From a virus (lineage: Duplodnaviria; Caudoviricetes): a stretch of 64,000 nucleotides of DNA. The translations under genes and the position numbers were made by a program. The DNA lies in the IMG/VR virus record IMGVR_UViG_3300027689_000001, positions 32,001 through 96,000 of that record. One strand, 5' to 3'. Below, in pieces: positions 57,027 to 64,000 of this stretch. The notes beneath the pieces are model-generated. The model had not been told where the DNA came from, did not search any database, and saw nothing but the letters and a program-made list of their open reading frames with translations. The stretch's first letter is position 1. Every line of letters begins with the position of its first letter.

Positions 57027-57568
57027 TCAACTCTCCATGATGTTGTATTCAATTTAATATTAGTTGGCCAATCGCCTTCAGTATAAGATTTATCATGAAA
57101 TCTCAACTCGTTTGTAGGCATAATACAAAGTCTACCGTTGTCTAGTTCTACAAACATAAACTCCTTAGACTGTGAGGGATGCATACTGTAACCATCGTTC
57201 ATCGGAATAGCAGTAAACAGATAGCGACCAAACTCTCCACTGCTACGAATCTCTGCACGCTGAGTGTTTAGATAATCATAACAGACAACTGAGAACTGAT
57301 CACCATAGCAATCCCATACCTGTGTATCTTCAAGTCCCCAGAGTGGTTCTGGGTCTGCTGAAAATGCTAGAGCATGCGGCGGAACACTGCGCCAGACAGC
57401 ACCACATTCCAACATCACATGACATCCCCATGAGTGTCCAGGTTTTGAATGTAATGCAAACCAAATACATGGTTCAAAGGTATATGGTTCTACACCCTTG
57501 CGAATGAATGATGAGTCTACCCAACAGTAGATATGATTCGGAATGTTACCCGATCCAGTATAAAGCAT
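57023..57568 (-). CDS. conserved phage hypothetical protein
   Basis: 181-aa ORF with WDC and KE..F.ELDNG motifs. Confidence 0.65.
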   Translation of the reverse strand: MLYTGSGNIPNHIYCWVDSSFIRKGVEPYTFEPCIWFALHSKPGHSWGCHVMLECGAVWRSVPPHALAFSADPEPLWGLEDTQVWDCYGDQFSVVCYDYLNTQRAEIRSSGEFGRYLFTAIPMNDGYSMHPSQSKEFMFVELDNGRLCIMPTNELRFHDKSYTEGDWPTNIKLNTTSWRVE

Positions 57569-57834
57569 TACTCGACTTCAAACTCTTTGACCGTCTGGAA
57601 CTGTGCCTTACTTACGAAACCGATACCCAATAGATGGTCTACACGGTCAGTTGCGTCGGCATAATCTGCATATCTACCATCATCGAACCACCACCAGCGG
57701 TCGAGACCAAGGAACCAGCGAGGTTCGCGTCGGTATTCGACCAACCACATATCGTCTGTTCGATGGATACGCAACTTTGTAATTCTGGTATGACGGATTT
57801 CTACGCCATATTCATTAGCGACCAATTCGCTCAT
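57568..57834 (-). CDS. hypothetical protein
   Basis: ATGA-coupled to the primase. Confidence 0.55.
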   Translation of the reverse strand: MSELVANEYGVEIRHTRITKLRIHRTDDMWLVEYRREPRWFLGLDRWWWFDDGRYADYADATDRVDHLLGIGFVSKAQFQTVKEFEVE

Positions 57835-58862
57835 ACTTTCCTCCACATGGCATACTTTGCCTTTGCTGATAGACCTTGAAACGTATTATCATTTATAATA
57901 CCCTGAATTTCACCAGAAGTCAACCCATTTTCAATCATTTCATTAATATCTTTTCCAGGAACATCTGGCCAAATTACCATCTTGTATCCCATATCAATAT
58001 ACTTATTCATCAACTTACCGACTTCTCGGTTTTTAGGTTGGTTGTCAAAAATAATTGTTATTTTTTCTTTTGGTATCGGGAGTTGGTCGATTTTTCCGAA
58101 TGACGTTCCAGCGCAAGCGATAGAATTATCCAGAAAAAGGGAGTCAAGGGGCCCTTCGACAACGAGTACTTCTTTTGTAGGATCGACCTGATCCAAACCA
58201 AAAATCGATTGTGCATCTTCATCTACCTTAATGTTAATATAACGTAATGACTCGCCTCTGATTCCGCGAAGGCTAACAACAAGGAGTTTACCAGCGCCAT
58301 CAAAAAAAGGAATCGCAAGTCTCGGTTCAGATGTAATGATCGACTCTTTGTATTTGGCATTAAGTTGAATGACATCTTTAACATTAGGAATGAAATACAA
58401 CCGATCAAAAGCATCGCGAGGAATTTTGCGGTCAGTAACATATTTAATTACCTCATGATCATCTGGTAGCGTATCAAGTCGATCCATAATCGAGTCGAGT
58501 AGTTTAGGTTCTGGTTTTTTAGCAAACTTCGGTTCTTCAAACTTTAGAACTGATTCTACGGTTTTATGAGAACTCTTGTTATGCGCCCCATCTGCATATC
58601 GTTCTACGACATATTGACTGTAGAGGGTTGCATCAAAGTTCTTGAGGAATGTTCCAAAGTGTTGACTCGCGCCACATTTATGGCACTTGTAATATAGATC
58701 CTGTTTACCGCGATAGAAATATCCTCTCGCCTTGCGCTTTAGACGCTGCGAATCACCACAGATTGGGCATCTGCAGTTGAATAGATCTTGGGTTTTCTTC
58801 TTGAAATTCTCGAGTCGATACGAAATCGAATGGAGATACTTGATATCAATATATAAACTCAT
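57831..58862 (-). CDS. DNA primase (T4 gp61-like)
   Basis: CRCPICGDS...KARG, CHKC, VEGPLDSLF, FDNQP and KDINEM. Confidence 0.95.
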   Translation of the reverse strand: MSLYIDIKYLHSISYRLENFKKKTQDLFNCRCPICGDSQRLKRKARGYFYRGKQDLYYKCHKCGASQHFGTFLKNFDATLYSQYVVERYADGAHNKSSHKTVESVLKFEEPKFAKKPEPKLLDSIMDRLDTLPDDHEVIKYVTDRKIPRDAFDRLYFIPNVKDVIQLNAKYKESIITSEPRLAIPFFDGAGKLLVVSLRGIRGESLRYINIKVDEDAQSIFGLDQVDPTKEVLVVEGPLDSLFLDNSIACAGTSFGKIDQLPIPKEKITIIFDNQPKNREVGKLMNKYIDMGYKMVIWPDVPGKDINEMIENGLTSGEIQGIINDNTFQGLSAKAKYAMWRKV

Positions 58863-58868
58863 AATACA

Positions 58869-58897
58869 GTTATACCCCATTATGGGGTGGAAGTAAA
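58869..58897 (-). promoter_or_regulatory. early promoter TTTACT-N17-TATAAC with an inverted repeat in the spacer
   Basis: Consensus variant; ACCCCA-TAA-TGGGGT palindrome. Confidence 0.55.
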
Positions 58898-58902
58898 GGG
58901 AT

Positions 58903-59370
58903 TTATTGAAAAAACTTTAACAATACAGGAAGAATTTTCGTTATAAGTGCACCCAGTACCAAACCACCACCGATCATAATATACTTGGTTCTTTCCAATT
59001 GTTCAATACGTTTTTTGTTTTTTTCTTCTTCTTTATCGACCGATCCCTTGAGTTCTTTGATCGATGCCATGATTTTATCTTCAGTCTGATCAACCTTATC
59101 CGAGAGTTCTCTCGTTGTGGTTGTTATGCGAGAATGAAGTTCTTTATTGTTTTCAGTGGATTCTCTACGATGGACTTCCATCGCATCGTAGAGATCTTTA
59201 TTTACAGCTTCTTGTCCGTTTAGTTTTAAATCGTGCACGACAAGCATTTTATTGATTGAGTTAGAAACATCAGTCATCTTTTCTATTACGGTATCTAGAC
59301 GACCGAACACGACCTGCATTTGCTTCAGGTCGTGTTCTAGAATCGCGACTTTAGTTTCTAACTCTACCAT
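58903..59370 (-). CDS. coiled-coil protein with C-terminal TM (lysis-cassette associated)
   Basis: Heptad-rich body with a single C-terminal TM; downstream of the endolysin. Confidence 0.65.
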   Translation of the reverse strand: MVELETKVAILEHDLKQMQVVFGRLDTVIEKMTDVSNSINKMLVVHDLKLNGQEAVNKDLYDAMEVHRRESTENNKELHSRITTTTRELSDKVDQTEDKIMASIKELKGSVDKEEEKNKKRIEQLERTKYIMIGGGLVLGALITKILPVLLKFFQ

Positions 59371-59541
59371 TTACTTTGCTTTTGTCTTGCGGATTTTCTT
59401 GACTACTTCTTTGACAACCGCTACTTCTGCTTCTGCCTTATCGACAACAGCAGTAAGTTCAGCAACGTCTATTTTACCATCTTTATTTGTATCTGCAAAA
59501 CCAAATAGAGTTTTGATGAGTTCTTTAATCTTGTTAAACAT
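59371..59541 (-). CDS. small EF-hand-like protein
   Basis: DTNKDGKIDVAE canonical EF-loop. Confidence 0.6.
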   Translation of the reverse strand: MFNKIKELIKTLFGFADTNKDGKIDVAELTAVVDKAEAEVAVVKEVVKKIRKTKAK

Positions 59542-59546
59542 ATCTG

Positions 59547-60722
59547 TTATCCCCATGCTGCGAATTGTTTAGTTTTCTTAATGCGGTCATCTAGACCATG
59601 CGTTCCACCATTTACACGACGAGTAATCTGACCAATAACTGCATCGGTTACACCCTTAGCAGCGATTGCGAACAGACCGTTCTTGTTAAAGAACCATAGT
59701 GCTGACTCGAATGCGAGTTCTGTTGCAACGACGTCAGGATTTGTTACAACATCAGGACGACCGATGTCTTGAGCGAATTGAGTGTAGTTACTCTTACCAG
59801 TTAACTGGATTGGTCCACGACCACGGAACTTATACCCATCACCCGATGACTCTGGTCCATTGCCCATGCGATTAGCATAGACCTTGTTAGCAATCTTCTC
59901 TGGTTTGCGAGCATACCCTGCAGTCGATGCGATTGTTGGGAAGTACTTCTTGAAGATGCCATTCAGACCCTTATCTGAATAGTTTAGATTCTCAGAGAAC
60001 ACTTTGAAACCACCCGACTCGTGAGCGCACTGACCGAAGAAGTGTGCTGCTTGTGCCGTCGATAGTTTAAAGTAACCCTTCGCTGCTTTGAATGTTCCTG
60101 GACCCCATTTACCATCAGCAGAGACACCACATTTTGCTTGTAGTGATTGCATTGGTCCGAGACCAGTAACAGTTGGTGCTTGGACTGCTGCCTTAGCAAC
60201 CTGCGCGACTGCTTGAACGGCAGGAGCACCTGCTTCTTTGGTTGTACGCGGATCAAAATCTTTAACAGGAGTATATTTTGTTCCACTTGCCTTAGATTTA
60301 GTAGCAACCAGACGCTGCTTGCGGTTTCCGCCTTCCTTCTTAATAGAAGCATGAACCCAACCAGAGTTCTTGTCACCAGCAGCATAGAATTCTAGGATGA
60401 CTTGGTCAAACTCTAGATTGTCAGCAACCCAGTCAGCAACCTTCTTATTGTCCACACCCTTGACTTCAAAGTCAATTGCTTGACCATTAACATGCTGAGA
60501 TGTTTTAGATCCACCAACTGCCTTATTGACAAGTGGTGCGCGATATGATGAGTTGATTGTTACTGGACCAAACTTAGCGCGAACAGGTTCGAGAATCTTT
60601 TCGCAGCAGTAACGCATGTTCTCAATGTGTGCAGCAGTAGGTGTGTTAGGAATACCAAGACGCTTTGCGGTTGGCGATACAATCATTTCTCCGAGAGTAA
60701 AATGTTCAGTTAGTTGTGTCAT
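59547..60722 (-). CDS. endolysin: peptidase M15A domain + GH19 (chitinase-class) glycosidase
   Basis: N-terminal SSYR...N.AVGG...SQH..GQAID and WVHAS; C-terminal FFGQCAHESG, ENLNYS, FRGRG.IQLTG..NY and ITRRVNGG. Confidence 0.9.
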   Translation of the reverse strand: MTQLTEHFTLGEMIVSPTAKRLGIPNTPTAAHIENMRYCCEKILEPVRAKFGPVTINSSYRAPLVNKAVGGSKTSQHVNGQAIDFEVKGVDNKKVADWVADNLEFDQVILEFYAAGDKNSGWVHASIKKEGGNRKQRLVATKSKASGTKYTPVKDFDPRTTKEAGAPAVQAVAQVAKAAVQAPTVTGLGPMQSLQAKCGVSADGKWGPGTFKAAKGYFKLSTAQAAHFFGQCAHESGGFKVFSENLNYSDKGLNGIFKKYFPTIASTAGYARKPEKIANKVYANRMGNGPESSGDGYKFRGRGPIQLTGKSNYTQFAQDIGRPDVVTNPDVVATELAFESALWFFNKNGLFAIAAKGVTDAVIGQITRRVNGGTHGLDDRIKKTKQFAAWG

Positions 60723-60732
60723 TATCTACTCC

Positions 60733-61188
60733 TTAGAATGGACCGAAGTCGTCGTCGCTGTCTTTATACTTATCGATCGCTGCCATCAGTTTAATTTCAT
60801 TGTCTGCCTCAATCGACTCTGCCTTAGCATGTTCAGTGTGCGCTTCTGCGAGATGCTTATAATCAGTCTTGCCGAGTTCTTGAACCTTGACGTTCGGATC
60901 GAATTCAGTAACCTTCATGTTCATCATCGTAGCAAATGCGCCAACAAATGCACCGACAATCATCGAGAATGCTGGACCAATGATCTTAAAAATTTCATTA
61001 TTGTCAATAATATCATTTGGCATAAACATACCAATCAACATCATAACAACAACAGATAGCATTATGGAACCCAAAGTGAGCGCCGCCATCTTCATAATCA
61101 TGATTTGGACTTTGCCCTTTTCAATCTCTAGTTCCTCTAGAGTATTGACTTCTTTCGATACCGAAACAAAGTTTAATAATCCCTTCAT
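60733..61188 (-). CDS. two-TM membrane protein (holin candidate)
   Basis: Two TM helices; immediately upstream of the endolysin. Confidence 0.55.
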   Translation of the reverse strand: MKGLLNFVSVSKEVNTLEELEIEKGKVQIMIMKMAALTLGSIMLSVVVMMLIGMFMPNDIIDNNEIFKIIGPAFSMIVGAFVGAFATMMNMKVTEFDPNVKVQELGKTDYKHLAEAHTEHAKAESIEADNEIKLMAAIDKYKDSDDDFGPF

Positions 61189-61189
61189 A

Positions 61190-61729
61190 TTACTTCCTTC
61201 TAATAATTGTATTCTTTTTGCGATACTTCTTTTGAGCAGCTTTAGAAACTCCAGGTTCCGCTTGGTTTGGAATGCTTGGATTATTTATGCCGATACCAGC
61301 AATAGCACCACCTGCAACACCCATACCATCTTCGGAGATGAAATCTTTGAATGATAACATTGTATTAAATTCCAATTGTTCTGCGAGGGATTTAGTTTCG
61401 TCTTGCTCCATCGTCATATAAAAAATTTCTTCTAGAATATCCTCGTCATACTCGACGTTTTCTCTGATAAGTGCCAACGCAGTGGCGAAAGCAAGGAATT
61501 TACTATTTACAAATGGTACTTTATTTAGAATTCTCTTCAATCTAAAGACCATGCGATGTAAAAGAGTAAATGATTCTCTTTCTTCTTCCGTTCCAAGATC
61601 TGCTTCTTTTCTAATGACAGTGCCATGCGCATCAATAATACCGAGACGATATGCATCAGTCTCGGTAAATGATGTTGTTAACATACGTAAAATACGATAT
61701 GTTATGATTGCATCGACAAACCTTGCCAT
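61190..61729 (-). CDS. conserved T4-like hypothetical protein
   Basis: AYRLGIIDAHG and LHRMVFRLKR. Confidence 0.7.
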   Translation of the reverse strand: MARFVDAIITYRILRMLTTSFTETDAYRLGIIDAHGTVIRKEADLGTEEERESFTLLHRMVFRLKRILNKVPFVNSKFLAFATALALIRENVEYDEDILEEIFYMTMEQDETKSLAEQLEFNTMLSFKDFISEDGMGVAGGAIAGIGINNPSIPNQAEPGVSKAAQKKYRKKNTIIRRK

Positions 61730-62085
61730 TAAATCCCTCTTAACTTGTTAACGATCGTATAATCCATAAAAACATCTGGCAGTTCATTATCTTGCATTCG
61801 GTTTAAGAATAACAGAAAAGGTTTAATTAGAGGCATCAAATCAGAGAGTTTATAAACTATCATATCTGTCGCTGCTTGATTAAACACATTATATAGAACC
61901 AACAAATGATTTATGATAAGACGTTCGTTGAGAACATTAGTATTTTCGTATCGCGTTAATAATCTTCGGAGATAAACAAAACGTTTCAAATCTTCCTGTA
62001 AATCTGAAATGCCAGTACATCCAGGATTATCATAATGTTTAATTGCGAACATTAAAAAAGTTTCTTCATTCAATTCATTAATCAT
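61729..62085 (-). CDS. conserved T4-like hypothetical protein
   Basis: FAIKHYDNP.C, EDLKRF.Y and ERLIINHL..LYNVF. Confidence 0.75.
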   Translation of the reverse strand: MINELNEETFLMFAIKHYDNPGCTGISDLQEDLKRFVYLRRLLTRYENTNVLNERLIINHLLVLYNVFNQAATDMIVYKLSDLMPLIKPFLLFLNRMQDNELPDVFMDYTIVNKLRGI

Positions 62086-62086
62086 A

Positions 62087-62539
62087 TTATGATACCGTTG
62101 CCGTCCCTCCAAGGAAATACCAATTACCACTCAGAAAAATCAAATTAGCAGTGTCACCTGCTGAATTAAACACAATAGAACTATGTCCAATATTAGAACT
62201 GATAGTTAGATTATGTCCTCCACTGTTTGATATCATAACAACAACTTTAACTTGACCCTCTACACCATCTGCGATGGTAAGTGTTCCAGGTCCATCGGGT
62301 GAAGTGATTTTAGTTATTAGAGCAGTCACATTGATAGCACCCGCAGACGTTAAAGTCTGCGTAGTGCCACTCAATACCAGTTTGCTATTTAGAACCACAG
62401 AAACTGGAATACCACCAAACAGATTAGCAACAGTCACTTTGTGATCATATGGTGATGTTGCTGGTTTAACAACATACATTAAGTCTGTAGAAACAAGCGT
62501 TGACGCTGTTGTTAACGCTGAAAGTTTGCTATCTGCCAT
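62087..62539 (-). CDS. virion structural protein
   Basis: MADSKLSALT N-terminal motif, Thr/Gly-rich beta repeats. Confidence 0.7.
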   Translation of the reverse strand: MADSKLSALTTASTLVSTDLMYVVKPATSPYDHKVTVANLFGGIPVSVVLNSKLVLSGTTQTLTSAGAINVTALITKITSPDGPGTLTIADGVEGQVKVVVMISNSGGHNLTISSNIGHSSIVFNSAGDTANLIFLSGNWYFLGGTATVS

Positions 62540-62550
62540 TGTTTAATGCC

Positions 62551-64000
62551 TTATGCGTCTGGGAATTCAATATCATCAGCAGCATCGCTAGATGCAATCG
62601 CATTCTTAGAGAGTGCTACAAGAACTTCATACTTCACACGACCAGCGTAGGCACCAGTTCCAACTGTGCGCTGCACCCAACCAGAGTGAGCGGCAGAAGT
62701 ACCAGTTTCACCAGTACCCTTGGCAGCAGTTGCAGTTGCTTGATCAGCAGATGCTTGGATTTCAAAGTACTGAGCATTGTTGCCTGTAGCACTGATATCA
62801 ATAACTGTTTCAGTTATATAGGTTAGACCAGTTAGAGTACCAGCAGTAGTTACAATTGCGACAGCAGCTTCAGTCGTTAGAGTAAATCCAGTAACATTTG
62901 GTGAGGTTCCAGTTACGGCAGAAACCTTATATGTTGTTCCTGATGTGTATCCAGTAATAGTGCCTGTACCTGCAAGTGTACCAGTAATTGTAAGACGATC
63001 ACCAACTGCAAGAGTTGATGCACCACAAGTAAACTGACCAGCAGTACCAGAAGTAGCAACAGTGGCAACAAGAGTACCAGTACCAGCTGCTGCCTTAACT
63101 TCGAATGCGTTAGCAGTTAGACCAGCAGTGGCAACAAAGTAAGATGTTGCTGTAGTTAAACCAGTAGCAGAAGCGCCACCACCATTGACATACTTAACTT
63201 CTTCATTGGCAACTAAACCATGTGCAGTATAAGCAATAGTATCAGTAGCAGCAGTAATTCCAGAAGTAGGAATAACACGGCGAGGTTTCGCAATAGCAAC
63301 AGTTGGCACAGTTTCATATGACGAACCAGTATTTGTTACTGTGACTGCCGTTACTAATCCACCTGCGATGGAAGCAGTTGCAGCAGCAGATGCTCCGCCA
63401 CCACCAGAGAAGGTAACTGGAGGAACTTCAAGGTAACGTGCTCCGCCTTGGATCAAAGCAACCGAGGCAACATTGTCACCACCAACACTAATTTCAGTGT
63501 TATCAACACCAAAGACTTGAGTTGATTGGAAATCTGTTGTCGAAACCGAAGCAACAGATGTTGGTTTTTCACTAATTGTATATTCTTGAGCAGAGAATAC
63601 AGTAAGAACTGATCCTGGATTCGCATTAATTACTGTAGCAACTGTGTCGCTGGCAACAGCAATAGCAATCATTTCCTGGTTACCAACACGAACAACATCA
63701 CCGACTGCAAGAGCAGGATCGAAGTTAGTTCCGTCGCCTGTTAGAGTGCCGCGACCGTAATCTAGACTTAGTGTGAAGGTATGTGAAGCACCTGACCCGT
63801 CTGTTGAGGCGATTGCGGTTGGAAAATTATGTAGTGCACCTTCTTCAGTAGCAGCAACCATAAAAGTATCTGTAGTAACATTAGTTACATAATATGTGCT
63901 ACCAGATGTTAGACCAACAACAGAGGTTCCTCCGCCGTTTGCATATGCAACAGCATCACCAAGTTGGAATGGATGTGCGGCAGAAGTATATACTCCAGCG
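62551..64000 (-). CDS. virion structural / tail-fibre-like protein, 5'-truncated by the window edge
   Basis: The frame stays open beyond the track start (63861) to the window end. Repeated H....G..V.Y.NGGG....GLT....Y.V modules; C-terminal AHSGWV...GRVKYEVLVA. Confidence 0.8.
   Translation of the reverse strand, partial: AGVYTSAAHPFQLGDAVAYANGGGTSVVGLTSGSTYYVTNVTTDTFMVAATEEGALHNFPTAIASTDGSGASHTFTLSLDYGRGTLTGDGTNFDPALAVGDVVRVGNQEMIAIAVASDTVATVINANPGSVLTVFSAQEYTISEKPTSVASVSTTDFQSTQVFGVDNTEISVGGDNVASVALIQGGARYLEVPPVTFSGGGGASAAATASIAGGLVTAVTVTNTGSSYETVPTVAIAKPRRVIPTSGITAATDTIAYTAHGLVANEEVKYVNGGGASATGLTTATSYFVATAGLTANAFEVKAAAGTGTLVATVATSGTAGQFTCGASTLAVGDRLTITGTLAGTGTITGYTSGTTYKVSAVTGTSPNVTGFTLTTEAAVAIVTTAGTLTGLTYITETVIDISATGNNAQYFEIQASADQATATAAKGTGETGTSAAHSGWVQRTVGTGAYAGRVKYEVLVALSKNAIASSDAADDIEFPDA

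Overview
This 64-kb window is from a large lytic T4-like (Tevenvirales-type) myophage genome. Almost every gene lies on the minus strand and the genetic code is standard. The host cannot be determined from this window. Core and auxiliary T4-like genes include a PD-(D/E)XK exonuclease, phoH, RNase H, nrdA/nrdB/glutaredoxin, thyX, the gp61 primase, an M15A+GH19 endolysin and the 3' part of a virion/tail-fibre gene. There are six tRNAs, about 18 near-identical sigma70-type early promoters (TTGACT-N17-TATACT) and several T4-type late promoters ((T/A)ATAAATA). The best candidate for an undescribed system is a tightly coupled operon at 16134-23871: TET/JBP-like 2OG-Fe(II) dioxygenase, class II glutamine amidotransferase, amidoligase, GNAT, an inserted HNH+ParB-like gene, aGPT-PPlase2-type amino-acid:DNA transferase, 5hmU-DNA-kinase-like P-loop kinase and a DUF4338/DruA-like protein. 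I infer it is a post-replicative pyrimidine (probably thymine) hypermodification pathway with tailoring enzymes I do not recognise from characterised pathways. Other notable items: six tandem twitch/SPASM radical-SAM genes flanked by a methyltransferase and a carbamoyltransferase; a second tailoring cluster (GT2, Coq4-like, B12 radical SAM, QueC-like, AspH-like); a multiply deleted CHASE2-adenylate cyclase pseudogene; an unexplained ~110-nt structured RNA inside the tRNA cluster; and a methyltransferase with an apparent CTG/ATT start. All family assignments come from motifs recognised by eye; no database searches were run.
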